Source: Candidatus Omnitrophota bacterium
GTDB taxonomy: Bacteria; Omnitrophota; Gorgyraeia; Gygaellales; Profunditerraquicolaceae
Assembly: GCA_025453395.1 (NCBI GenBank)
Contig: JALOQK010000004.1
Coordinates: 51,563-115,562, forward strand
DNA: 64,000 nucleotides
Direction of reading: 5' to 3'
In this document: positions 19,333-28,758 of the stretch, piece by piece
How positions within the stretch are numbered: position 1 is the first letter of the stretch
Layout: the number at the start of each line of letters is the position of its first letter
Translations under genes and position numbers: made by a program
Notes under the pieces: generated by a model
Told to the model about the DNA's origin: nothing
Database searches by the model: none
Seen by the model: the letters and a program-made list of their open reading frames with translations, nothing else

Positions 19333-20625
19333 TTATTTAACGCCTAAAATATCCGCCAAATCTTTTTCCGCAGTAGTAACCAGCTTCAAATTATACTTAT
19401 CTTGAAGCAATTTCAGAACATTCGCGTTTAAGAATGCCGGAGCGCTGGGGCCAATGCGGATATTTTGGATACCTAAATAAAGCAGGCTTAAAAGTATCGC
19501 TACTGCCTTTTGTTCATACCAGGAAAGCACCATTGACAATGGCAATTGGTTCACCGAACAATTAAAAGCCTTAGATAAAGCAAGCGCTACCTGCACCGCA
19601 GAATAGGCATTATTACATTGCCCGATGTCAATTAAGCGCGGAACCCCCTCAATATCACCAAAATCAAGTTTATTGAAACGATATTTCCCGCAGGCCAAAG
19701 TTAAAATTATACAATCCTTGGGAACTTTCTGCGCGAATTCTGTGTAATAGTTTCTCCCCGGCTTGGCTCCGTCGCAACCACCGACTAAGAAGAAATGTTT
19801 TATTTTCCCGGATTTAACTAATCCCACGATTTTATCTGCAAGGCCTAATATCGCGGTATGGTGAAACCCCGTTTGTATGTTTTTCCCGGCAACTTCAGGA
19901 ATACTGCCTAATTCTAATGCCTTTTTAATCACAACAGAAAAATCTTTACGTTCTACATGCTTGGCACCCGCCATACCCACGATGCCGGAAGTAAAAAGCC
20001 TATCCAGGTATGTGCCAGAAGGCGGAATCTGGATACAGTTAGTTGTAACCAAAATTGCTCCGCCAAATTCATTAAATTCTTTTTTCTGTTCTTGCCAGGC
20101 GCCTCCAAAATTCCCCACAAGATGCTTAAACTGTTTTAATTTGGGATAACCATGCGCCGGCAACATCTCGCCATGGGTATAAATATTGACCCCTTTGCCT
20201 TCGGTTTGTTTTAAAAGTTCATAAAGATCCGGCAGGTCGTGCCCCGTTATCAAAATACCCGGGCCTTTTTTAGTCCCGGTATAGACATTCGTTGGCACGG
20301 GATTACCGAAATTATCGGTATTTGCCTTATCTAATAATTCCATGGCCTTGAAATTAATTTTCCCGCATTCTAAAACTAGAGCCAGATAATCATTCAGATC
20401 GAAATTAACATTGGTTAAGGTGGTAAAAAGCGCGCGGTGCATAAAACCATCAACTTCATCGTCTTTAAAACCCATTTCTCTGGCATGATACGCGTAAGCT
20501 GCCACGCCTTTTAAGCCAAATATTAAGGTATCCTGCAAACTTTGAATATCTTCATTCTTGCCGCATACACCTTGCTTTGTGCAACCTGTTCCAAGAGCAG
20601 TTTGTTCACATTGATAACAAAACAT
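19333..20625 (-). CDS. hcp: hybrid-cluster protein / hydroxylamine reductase (short class)
   Basis: MFCYQCEQT N-terminal cubane-cluster motif and conserved hybrid-cluster ligands. Confidence 0.9.
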   Translation of the reverse strand: MFCYQCEQTALGTGCTKQGVCGKNEDIQSLQDTLIFGLKGVAAYAYHAREMGFKDDEVDGFMHRALFTTLTNVNFDLNDYLALVLECGKINFKAMELLDKANTDNFGNPVPTNVYTGTKKGPGILITGHDLPDLYELLKQTEGKGVNIYTHGEMLPAHGYPKLKQFKHLVGNFGGAWQEQKKEFNEFGGAILVTTNCIQIPPSGTYLDRLFTSGIVGMAGAKHVERKDFSVVIKKALELGSIPEVAGKNIQTGFHHTAILGLADKIVGLVKSGKIKHFFLVGGCDGAKPGRNYYTEFAQKVPKDCIILTLACGKYRFNKLDFGDIEGVPRLIDIGQCNNAYSAVQVALALSKAFNCSVNQLPLSMVLSWYEQKAVAILLSLLYLGIQNIRIGPSAPAFLNANVLKLLQDKYNLKLVTTAEKDLADILGVK

Positions 20626-20671
20626 AACCCTATCCTCCTTTTAACTGTTTATACTTTTTTTATCCTACCCA

Positions 20672-21076
20672 TTAATTTCCCCTTATTAATTGGGACAATC
20701 TAATGCCTTTGAGCTGCCGCCTGACATAAGATTCTATTTCCTGGATTTTCTTGCGCACAAAACAAGTCTTAGTGTTTGGGCAAGGCATTTTCTTGAAGCT
20801 GCATTCATTTAACCTAAAGGGCCCTTGAAAAACACACATCAACTTTTCTAAGGTAATATTTCTCGCGCCTGGCGTTAATTTAAACCCCCCACCTGGGCCT
20901 TTTATAGAACCAAGAAGGCCATTTCTGCATAAAACCTGGGTGATCTTTCTTAAAAATGGCCGCGGGATCCCTAGATTCTTTACCAATTCTGATACAGGAA
21001 TAATCTTTTTAGAATGACGCTGTATATATATAAGAGACCTTAATGCATAATCTGTATCGCGAGTAATTAGTTTCAT
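20672..21076 (-). CDS. Rrf2-family regulator (NsrR-like, Fe-S type) upstream of hcp
   Basis: wHTH N-terminus and a Cys triad (CVFQGPFRLNEC...CP). Only 46 nt separate it from hcp. Confidence 0.8.
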   Translation of the reverse strand: MKLITRDTDYALRSLIYIQRHSKKIIPVSELVKNLGIPRPFLRKITQVLCRNGLLGSIKGPGGGFKLTPGARNITLEKLMCVFQGPFRLNECSFKKMPCPNTKTCFVRKKIQEIESYVRRQLKGIRLSQLIRGN

Positions 21077-21223
21077 CTATAATCTTTCGGTTATATAGCT
21101 TTAAAAGAAGCGGGCAGTTTTACGTCGTGCCCAGGACATGTTACTACAGCCCTCTTTGCAGTGCGCTACCGGTCTAAGCATATACTTAATAGTCACATTC
21201 ATCTGGCACCTCCCTCTGGATAA

Positions 21224-21244
21224 ATGATACCACAATAGTATCAT
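21224..21244. promoter_or_regulatory. perfect inverted repeat ATGATAC-N7-GTATCAT in the rrf2-hcp upstream region
   Basis: Seen directly in the sequence. It sits about 150 nt upstream of the rrf2 start codon, in a 186-nt intergenic region. Confidence 0.4.
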
Positions 21245-21262
21245 TTGTCAAGAAAAAAACTT

Positions 21263-23293
21263 TTATCTTAACTTCTTCTCGAATTCCTGCGGGACTTTAT
21301 AGCCGTAGATCTTGGCCTTTTCGCAAGCCAGCCTTGCGCGGGGCAAATCTTTTTCTTGCAGATATGCGATCGCCAGATTAAAATGAAGCACTGGATAAAA
21401 CGGTTTAATGCGTAATGCCCCCTGCAAAACACTTATCGCCTCTTTCCCCTTATGCATGCTATTGTAAACATTAGCCAGATTATTATAACCCTGGATATAC
21501 TCTGGATTAGTTTCTATGGCTTTCTTAAAACAGTTAACAGCCTCTTCTTTGTTATTTAAATCAAAATAGATAGCGCCCAATTGATTGTACCCTTCAGCAA
21601 ATTTAGGATTTTGTTTTAAGGCTTGACGCAACACTGCAATAGCCTGATCAGGCTTTTTATTGGTAGAATAAAAATTTGCCAAGTCCAAATAAACACTATC
21701 CTGTAAAGGGTTGATATCTATAGATCTCTTATACGCGGCTTGCGCGTTTATGAAATCACCCGATGCTTCATAGGCTTTACCTAAAACTGCCCAGGCATTA
21801 AACAGGCCGGGGTCCAGCTTAATTGCCTGCTTTAAAGAGGCCACGGCTTTCTGCGCCTGACCAACCTTAAGCTGTATTTGGCCCAAACTCAAATAAACCT
21901 GCGGCTGATTGCTTACGGCAAGTTTAGCTGAAGCCTCCAATAAAGATACAGCCTGACTATGGAACCCCTGCCGGCTATAAACTAAAGCCAAGTTATTGCG
22001 CGCATCGGCGTAGCTAGAATTAATACGCAGAGATTTCTGAAATTCCTCTATCGCGCGTTTTACATTGCCTTGGCGCAAACAGATTACCCCGTAATTATTA
22101 AGCGCGCGGGGGCTTAGCGGAGAAGTTTCCAAGGTGCGCGTCCAGAATATTTCTTCGCTTTTCCAGTCAGTATTCCTGATTGCGGTGCGCATTAATAAAA
22201 CAACCAAAACCAGGATAAAAAAGCCTAAAATATACGGACGCTTTGATTCTTTACCCTCCAATAAGCGCGCGTAAAGGCAGGCAAAGAAAATAGAAAATGC
22301 CAACAACGGGAAATAAACATAACGTTCCGCGACAACCGAAGAAACCGGTATATGGCTATAAGTAAAGGAAAGAAAAATTATGAATATGCTCAAGGCAAAG
22401 AATAACCGCCTGGATCTTTTCCATAGCACCCAGAGAACAAATAAAAAACCAAAGGCAAATAAATACTTAAAATGCAAAATGAATTTAGGGATAAATACCG
22501 GCTCATGATAAAGAGTAAGGACTCTTGGCCAAACTAATAGCCATAAATGAGCGAAAAACGAATAAACGAAATAGACAAGCGGATTATGCACCACAAGAAC
22601 GCTTCCTGTGGTTTCCTTTGCCACAAAAGTAATCCTGTCAGCAATGAATTCTCTGGCCAAAAATATCCTTAAAGCCACGATCAAAACAAACACTATCCAC
22701 CATCTCCATCTTTCCCTATAATCCCTAAAACATATATCCCAAATCGCGATAAAGAACGGGAAAAGCGCATAAAAAGAAAAGCTGTCCAGCAAGAAATAAG
22801 TATAAAACAGAACACATAAAATATAAGTTTTTATTGCGCTGGCTTTCTTGCCTTGCCCAAGAAAAGACATAGACCTCTCGTACAAGAAGAAACTACCCAG
22901 CAAAAATATGGTCATGATTATGTATGGCCTTCCGGATATCCAAGCCACAGCTTCGCAATGCGCTGGGTGCACAGCAAAAAGGCTTGCGGCAAAAAGGCTT
23001 GGGTATAGGCCAAATAAATAGCGCAAAAATAAGAAAACCATAACTGTGGCGATAATATGAAAAACAATGCTGGTCAAGTGATAGGGAAGCGGGTTTTGTT
23101 TGAAGAAGAAATAGGTCAAGGTATGCATGGCCTGCTGGGGATTATGCCAAGCCTGCCCAAGCTCATTTATATTAGGAGAATGGTCAATGAGGACTGTCAC
23201 ATCATCAGAGATAAAGCCATTAAACAGCGTATTGGCATAAGCCAACACGCACAAAATCCCTAAAAGAGTAACCGCTCTTTTTAAATTAAACAT
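21263..23293 (-). CDS. multi-TM glycosyltransferase-like domain (PMT_2/DUF1736-like) fused to C-terminal TPR repeats (TMTC-like)
   Basis: About 370 aa of hydrophobic helices, then about 8 TPR units (YNQLGAIYFDLNNKEEA...). Confidence 0.6.
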   Translation of the reverse strand: MFNLKRAVTLLGILCVLAYANTLFNGFISDDVTVLIDHSPNINELGQAWHNPQQAMHTLTYFFFKQNPLPYHLTSIVFHIIATVMVFLFLRYLFGLYPSLFAASLFAVHPAHCEAVAWISGRPYIIMTIFLLGSFFLYERSMSFLGQGKKASAIKTYILCVLFYTYFLLDSFSFYALFPFFIAIWDICFRDYRERWRWWIVFVLIVALRIFLAREFIADRITFVAKETTGSVLVVHNPLVYFVYSFFAHLWLLVWPRVLTLYHEPVFIPKFILHFKYLFAFGFLFVLWVLWKRSRRLFFALSIFIIFLSFTYSHIPVSSVVAERYVYFPLLAFSIFFACLYARLLEGKESKRPYILGFFILVLVVLLMRTAIRNTDWKSEEIFWTRTLETSPLSPRALNNYGVICLRQGNVKRAIEEFQKSLRINSSYADARNNLALVYSRQGFHSQAVSLLEASAKLAVSNQPQVYLSLGQIQLKVGQAQKAVASLKQAIKLDPGLFNAWAVLGKAYEASGDFINAQAAYKRSIDINPLQDSVYLDLANFYSTNKKPDQAIAVLRQALKQNPKFAEGYNQLGAIYFDLNNKEEAVNCFKKAIETNPEYIQGYNNLANVYNSMHKGKEAISVLQGALRIKPFYPVLHFNLAIAYLQEKDLPRARLACEKAKIYGYKVPQEFEKKLR

Positions 23294-23306
23294 TTTTCAA
23301 GAAAGC

Positions 23307-24326
23307 TTATTCGTTGAATATCCCCTTTATTATACCATTACAATAAGAACAGCGTCCGGAACTTATTTTGTTTTCTTCTACGCTAAAGCCATGCCTGAGG
23401 ATAAGTTTCTTGCCGCATGAAGGGCAAAAAGTATCTTCTCTTATCCCGCGCAGATTGCCAACATACACATACCGCAATAAAGCATCTTTCCCGATTTTAT
23501 AGGCTTTTTCCAAAGAATCTAAATCTGTTGGAGGAAGATGCGATAATTTATAGTCAGGATGAAAAGCGGATATATGCCATGGCATATCCTTGTCTACACC
23601 GGATAAAAAATCAGCAATGCCTTTTAATTGCTCCGGCGAATCGTTTTGTTTTGGAATAAGCAAAGTTGTAACCTCAACCCAAATGCCTATTTCGTGCATA
23701 AAGCGGATAGAATCCAAAACTGGCTTCAGGCGCGCGCCACAAATCTTCTGGTAAAAAGAATCATCAAAAAATTTCAAATCAACATTAGCTGCATCTAGAA
23801 ACCCCCGCGCCAGCTCTAAACAATCCCTGCTCATAAACCCGTTGGTGACAAAAAGATTATACAGCCCCTTTTTCTTAGCCAGCTTCATTATCTCTAAAGC
23901 GTACTCAAAGAAAATCGTAGGTTCAGTATAGGTATAAGAGATACTCCGGCATTCATGCTGAAGAGCCAGATCCACTATTTCACCGGGGGAAAGTTTCTTA
24001 GCTGTGGCAGGATCATTTGAATCGCGAAAATTAATCTGCGAAATCTGCCAGTTCTGGCAGAATGAACACTTAAAATTACACCCCATGGTAGCCACAGAAA
24101 AGGTCTGGGATCCGGGTAAAAAATGGAATAGGGGCTTTTTTTCCACCGGATCCACATTGGCAGCAACCACTTGATCATAGGCAAAGGTATAAAGCACGCC
24201 GGAATTATTCTGACGCATGCCGCAGATACCAAAATCTGCATCCGCGATACGGCAGTTATGGGCGCAAAGAAAACAATGCACATTATTGGAGTCTAATCTC
24301 TCATAAAGAATTGCTTCTTTTTTCAT
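23307..24326 (-). CDS. radical SAM enzyme, pyruvate-formate-lyase-activase-like (AmmeMemoRadiSam-system type)
   Basis: N-terminal CxxCxxxC..C cluster (CFLCAHNCRIADADFGICGMR), CNFKCSFCQNW radical-SAM motif and C-terminal CPSCG..CSYCNG ribbon. Confidence 0.7.
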   Translation of the reverse strand: MKKEAILYERLDSNNVHCFLCAHNCRIADADFGICGMRQNNSGVLYTFAYDQVVAANVDPVEKKPLFHFLPGSQTFSVATMGCNFKCSFCQNWQISQINFRDSNDPATAKKLSPGEIVDLALQHECRSISYTYTEPTIFFEYALEIMKLAKKKGLYNLFVTNGFMSRDCLELARGFLDAANVDLKFFDDSFYQKICGARLKPVLDSIRFMHEIGIWVEVTTLLIPKQNDSPEQLKGIADFLSGVDKDMPWHISAFHPDYKLSHLPPTDLDSLEKAYKIGKDALLRYVYVGNLRGIREDTFCPSCGKKLILRHGFSVEENKISSGRCSYCNGIIKGIFNE

Positions 24327-25327
24327 ATTTTTATCCGCGATAACGACTCTTGATCAATAGGATACACCAAGGCTTTTTCTTCTTTGCCATTAGCAACCTT
24401 TTGAAACATAATTTCTGTTTTCTTGCTCTTATCAATATCCGAATAGCGCGCCACAACAGAACAGGAAAGAGAAATCAGATTATCATCCATACCGCCGCTG
24501 CCAACGGCAGTTGGCCCGGCGGTATCCTCATCCACATAAAAAAGAAAATCTCCCGGGCGGGCCATCTTTTCTAAAGCCAGGTTCTCCTGCTGGTTTCTGC
24601 CTACGACTAACTTTGTATGGTTATTCAAGCGAAAATGCCTGCCTAATTTTAAAAGCTGAACATTTTTAGATTTAAGCTGTTTATGCGCTATTAAATCTTT
24701 GAGGCGCCGGGAAAAATCAGGATCAGTTAATAAACATCCCCCTGCTGGCTGGGCATAATCTTTGATCTTAAAATACTCTGCCAATTCCATTTGCGCCTTG
24801 CGGCTTCTGCCGTTTATGGAAAAAAGTTTTTCGCGCATGACCCATCCTTTTTCCTCAGGCAGTGTGACTGGCAATAATTTAGCGCAAAGCGGGCGCAAAA
24901 TCAAACGCTCTAACCCGGCCTTGCCCGGAATAAAATTTATCGCCTGCTTATTTTGAGACATCGGACGCTGCGATAAGACTTCCCCGGTGACCAGAAAATC
25001 AGCCTGCCCGGCCTTAAGAAGCTGTCCTGCTTTCTTAAGCATTAATATCTTACAATCAATACAAGGATTCATATTAGAACCAAACCCATGCTGCGGGTAA
25101 CGCATCATTTCTAAGAATTCTTCCTGTATATCAATCTCTTCCAAAATCCTGCCTAATTTTTGCTTAACAACCAAGGCAGTCTTGTCAAAAGTATCTTTTG
25201 ATTTCTTGGCGCTTAAGAAAGGAATAATAAATTTGACTGGAAAGACATCTATCCCCTGCTCTTTTACTACGCAAGAAGCAAGGATACTGTCTAGACCGCC
25301 AGAGATAAGCGCGATCGCCCTTTTCAT
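24323..25327 (-). CDS. MnmA/TRMU-like PP-loop ATPase (tRNA 2-thiouridylase family, divergent)
   Basis: SGGLDS PP-loop. NPCIDCK aligns with MnmA NPDILCN (catalytic Cys) and GGCLLTDP aligns with the second Cys. The start is taken at MKRAIALISGG, which forms a TAATG overlap with the feoB stop. Confidence 0.6.
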   Translation of the reverse strand: MKRAIALISGGLDSILASCVVKEQGIDVFPVKFIIPFLSAKKSKDTFDKTALVVKQKLGRILEEIDIQEEFLEMMRYPQHGFGSNMNPCIDCKILMLKKAGQLLKAGQADFLVTGEVLSQRPMSQNKQAINFIPGKAGLERLILRPLCAKLLPVTLPEEKGWVMREKLFSINGRSRKAQMELAEYFKIKDYAQPAGGCLLTDPDFSRRLKDLIAHKQLKSKNVQLLKLGRHFRLNNHTKLVVGRNQQENLALEKMARPGDFLFYVDEDTAGPTAVGSGGMDDNLISLSCSVVARYSDIDKSKKTEIMFQKVANGKEEKALVYPIDQESLSRIKI

Positions 25328-27054
25328 TATCGGATAATAATATTTAAAGTTATGCCTACGATGAAACTTGCGGAGAGCATTATAAAAGTAGCTTTGATTA
25401 AAGCCTTTATCCCCAATTCCTTCCACAAAACCATGAAAGTGGCCATACAAGGAAAAGACATCGCAAGTATAGTTGAAGAAATCAAAAGTTGCTTTGCGGA
25501 AAGCCCAAGCGGCATCAATAACCCGGCGGCGACATCTTTTCTAAAGAAACCGAATAAAAGCGCCACCACCGCTTTTTGGGGAAGGCCGAATAATCCTTCA
25601 ATAACCCAAGCAAAAATATGCTCCAAAAAATCGAACAGGTGATAGTAAATAGCCAAGTTTAAAATCAATACCCCGGCAAAAACAAGCGGCAGCGCTTCTA
25701 TAATAAAAACTTTAACCCTAAAGAAAAGTTTCTTTAAAAGAAGCAGAAGCGGAGGAAAACGGTACGGCGGGATTTCTAATAGAAATTCCGGGCTGTAACC
25801 TTTAAGAATACGGTTTAAGAACGCGCCGATTATTAGAATAACCACAAATAATATAAGGTAAACTCCTACCACATACTTTAACCCATAAGAACCCAATAAA
25901 GCAAAGATCATCGCCTGAAGCGGGACACACGGAATCCCGATAGAAATAAGAGTGGCGGCAATGAACCTTTCGCGTTTTGATTCCAGAACTCTTGTTGCCA
26001 GGATCCCTGGGACATTGCAACCAAAGCCTAAAAGCACCGGAATAATCGCAAAACCATGCAGGCCCAAACGATGCAATAGATTATCCAATAATATCGCCAA
26101 ACGCGGCAGGTATCCCGTGTCTTCAAGAATACTTAAAACAAAATAGAAAGAAACAATGTAGGGCAAAACCATGGCAAATTCAATATAGGGCGCGGTAGTC
26201 AAAAGTCCGAATGACTGCTTAAAATCAATAACACCGCCGATCATATCCCCGATAAGCAGATGATCCATTAAGCTGCCAGGCAAGATGAAAGTATGGATTT
26301 TTTCCACAACCGGCATATATAAATTATGGAAAACCGGATCCGCGACATAATTAATCAAACCCTCGCCTAAGAAACGCACTGCTTTAAAAGAAAGAAAAAT
26401 AACTCCAAGCGATATCAATGCTCCGCTAAAGGGGCGCACAGAGGCATCTTCCAAAAGCTCTCTTAGGGTATGATGACGATGGGTAAGCTTCTGCACAGCC
26501 TCAATGATACGGCCGATTTCCTGCCAACGCTGTTGGCTCTCAAGTTTAACCCGGCTGTTTGACCTTGCCTGCTCTATCCGGCTTATAAGAAATTTAATCC
26601 CCGCCCCTGTTACCGCGCAAGTAGAAATAACTGGAACCTTCAGCATTTCTTCAAGCTTCTTAACATCAATCTCTATGCCGCGATGCGCTGTATCATCGCA
26701 CATATTCAGGCAGACAATCACCTGATATCCTGCTTCAATGAGTTGCAAGGTTAAAAATAAATTCCTCTCCAGATTAGTAGCATCAACAATATTAATCACC
26801 ACGCTTTTATCAGCAGGATACTCCATAAGCATATTAACTGCTGCTTCTTCCGCTTCTGAAGAAGGCTCTAAAGAGTACGTTCCGGGTAAATCAATTACCT
26901 CAAACTTTTCCTGCCTTAATAAAAGATAACCCTTGCTAAAACCTACTGTAGTCCCCGGGTAATTAGCGGAAATAACCTGCACCCCGGTCAAACGCGAGAA
27001 AACAACGCTTTTGCCGACATTGGGGTTGCCGATTAAAAATATTTTTTCTATCAT
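25327..27054 (-). CDS. feoB: ferrous iron transporter B
   Basis: N-terminal G-domain (GNPNVGKS) plus a polytopic membrane domain. ATGA overlap with feoA. Confidence 0.9.
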   Translation of the reverse strand: MIEKIFLIGNPNVGKSVVFSRLTGVQVISANYPGTTVGFSKGYLLLRQEKFEVIDLPGTYSLEPSSEAEEAAVNMLMEYPADKSVVINIVDATNLERNLFLTLQLIEAGYQVIVCLNMCDDTAHRGIEIDVKKLEEMLKVPVISTCAVTGAGIKFLISRIEQARSNSRVKLESQQRWQEIGRIIEAVQKLTHRHHTLRELLEDASVRPFSGALISLGVIFLSFKAVRFLGEGLINYVADPVFHNLYMPVVEKIHTFILPGSLMDHLLIGDMIGGVIDFKQSFGLLTTAPYIEFAMVLPYIVSFYFVLSILEDTGYLPRLAILLDNLLHRLGLHGFAIIPVLLGFGCNVPGILATRVLESKRERFIAATLISIGIPCVPLQAMIFALLGSYGLKYVVGVYLILFVVILIIGAFLNRILKGYSPEFLLEIPPYRFPPLLLLLKKLFFRVKVFIIEALPLVFAGVLILNLAIYYHLFDFLEHIFAWVIEGLFGLPQKAVVALLFGFFRKDVAAGLLMPLGLSAKQLLISSTILAMSFPCMATFMVLWKELGIKALIKATFIMLSASFIVGITLNIIIR

Positions 27055-27284
27055 GCAAGCTCCACAATGATTTTTGCTGCCACCCCATAGCCTATGGCTA
27101 AAGTTGACCTGCCGCATTTAATCGTAACCGGGCCGCGCATAGCAAAATGGTTAAGCTTGGTTACGGTGGTGCCGGGATAAATACCCATACTCATCAAACG
27201 GCTGGCTAAATTACTCCCACCTGATATTTCCAAGATACGCGCTTTCTGATTTTCCTTAAGATGGGCCAAAGAGATCTTTTTCAT
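27051..27284 (-). CDS. feoA: ferrous iron transport protein A
   Basis: 77 aa SH3-like FeoA domain. Confidence 0.8.
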   Translation of the reverse strand: MKKISLAHLKENQKARILEISGGSNLASRLMSMGIYPGTTVTKLNHFAMRGPVTIKCGRSTLAIGYGVAAKIIVELA

Positions 27285-28024
27285 TAATGCGCGTGGGTTT
27301 TAGAAATGAGGATAAAGGCTATTCCGAGAATAAAGAATACCATGGACAAGGCACTCTTCTTAATATCCGGCTGTTTGTGCAGCTCCGGAATTAGGTCGCA
27401 TGCGGCGATATAAATAAAACCTCCGGCAGTAAAAGCCAAAAGGCCCGGAGAGAAATTTTGCGCTTGTGTGGCGATAAAATATCCGCAAACTGTCCCAATA
27501 ACACAAGTCAAAGCACTTAAGAAATTAAACATAAGCGCTTTTATCTTAGTCATCCCGCCATAAATCAAAACTCCAAAATCTCCTATTTCCTGGGGGATCT
27601 CATGCAGAATAATAACCAATGTGGTAACTATCCCGAATTTAATACTCACCAAAAAGCTTGCCCCAATAACCAAACCATCAACAAAATTATGGATGCCGTC
27701 TCCGATTAAGTTAAGATAAGTGAAAGCGTGGATGCTACAGACTCCGTCATGGCAGTGCCGCCAATGGAAATACCTTTCTAAGATAAAAAATACCACAAAC
27801 CCAAAAAGTAAATAATAGTAAGGCATATTGGTCGTGAATTCTTCCAGGGCTTCGGGCAAAAGATGCAACAGGGCTGCCCCCATTAAGCTGCCTGCTGAAA
27901 AAGCAATCAAGAGAAAAAGAATCTTATTCAGCCACTTCTCTTTAAGAAGAAGCGCAAATATCCCGATAAGAGAAATAAGGCTTACCACCGCACTTGCGCC
28001 AAGCGCCCAGAATAAATTCATCAT
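27284..28024 (-). CDS. zupT: ZIP-family divalent metal (Zn/Fe) transporter
   Basis: HEIPQEIGDF signature and 8 TM helices. Confidence 0.85.
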   Translation of the reverse strand: MMNLFWALGASAVVSLISLIGIFALLLKEKWLNKILFLLIAFSAGSLMGAALLHLLPEALEEFTTNMPYYYLLFGFVVFFILERYFHWRHCHDGVCSIHAFTYLNLIGDGIHNFVDGLVIGASFLVSIKFGIVTTLVIILHEIPQEIGDFGVLIYGGMTKIKALMFNFLSALTCVIGTVCGYFIATQAQNFSPGLLAFTAGGFIYIAACDLIPELHKQPDIKKSALSMVFFILGIAFILISKTHAH

Positions 28025-28028
28025 TTTA

Positions 28029-28373
28029 TTAACAAGCAGTAGTTATATAAATATACTTAAGCGGTTTATTAGCGATATTCTTAATATCATGGACCACGTC
28101 TTTTGGGACATAGATAAACGCCGGGGCTTTTATTTGCAAGAAGCTTTTTTGCCCATAGTAAAAACGCGCCCGGCCCTCTAAGAAAACAATTGCTTCTTCT
28201 TTGGCCGTTGTGCAATGCCTGCCCACAGACACCCCCGGAGCAAGAACTACCAAACCCGAACGAAGATTAATGCCTTTGCCCGAGTCACCCAGAAGACGCC
28301 GGTATTTCCTTAAACAAGCTACGTTTACTTTGAAAGGCTTCACCCTTTTTGTCCCATCCTTAAAATTTATCAC
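28029..28373 (-). CDS. cupin-domain protein
   Basis: 114 aa beta-barrel cupin pattern. Confidence 0.55.
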   Translation of the reverse strand: MINFKDGTKRVKPFKVNVACLRKYRRLLGDSGKGINLRSGLVVLAPGVSVGRHCTTAKEEAIVFLEGRARFYYGQKSFLQIKAPAFIYVPKDVVHDIKNIANKPLKYIYITTAC

Positions 28374-28758
28374 CCAAAGAAATCTTCCCGGGGCCTAAAA
28401 GTATAAGTGCCACACAAATGGCGATAATAATAAAATTATATTCAAACCCGCCCTGCATCATAAAAAATCCGTTTTTAAGATGCACGGTAATTGCCGCCAC
28501 CAAGATGACAATCAATAATATGCCTGCTGACAATCTGGTAAAAAGTCCCAAGATCAAAAGCGCACCACAAATAAGTTCGCTATAACCTGCTAAATACGCC
28601 CAGAAAATTCCCGGAGTAAATCCAAGGCCGGTTAACATCTTGGCAAATTTATCCATACCCGAACCACCAAACATGCCAAAAACCTTCTGGCTGCCGTGCA
28701 AAACAAACATTATCCCCAAAGAACACCTTAATACTAAGATCGCCCAATCTTGCATGGC
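28360..28758 (-). CDS. DoxX-family membrane protein
   Basis: The start is taken at MQDWAILVL, with a GGAGG RBS upstream. The 4-TM DoxX pattern is present. The ORF-track N-terminal extension runs into a conserved non-coding element. Confidence 0.75.
   Translation of the reverse strand, partial: AMQDWAILVLRCSLGIMFVLHGSQKVFGMFGGSGMDKFAKMLTGLGFTPGIFWAYLAGYSELICGALLILGLFTRLSAGILLIVILVAAITVHLKNGFFMMQGGFEYNFIIIAICVALILLGPGKISLGDKF

Noticed and set aside
19333-20625. Possibility that hcp is truncated (430 aa versus about 550 aa in E. coli)
   Set aside because: The N-terminal cubane motif and C-terminal hybrid-cluster ligand regions are both present. Short class-3 Hcp proteins of this size are known. 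It is treated as intact.
27055-27117. N-terminal extensions in the ORF track for feoB (27117), for the PP-loop gene (25450), lemA (12598), doxX (28839), larE (7032) and the TonB-dependent receptor (5200)
   Set aside because: Internal Met codons give canonical protein N-termini, RBS placement and 1-4 nt coupling overlaps. The upstream extensions run through hairpin or repeat elements or overlap the preceding gene.
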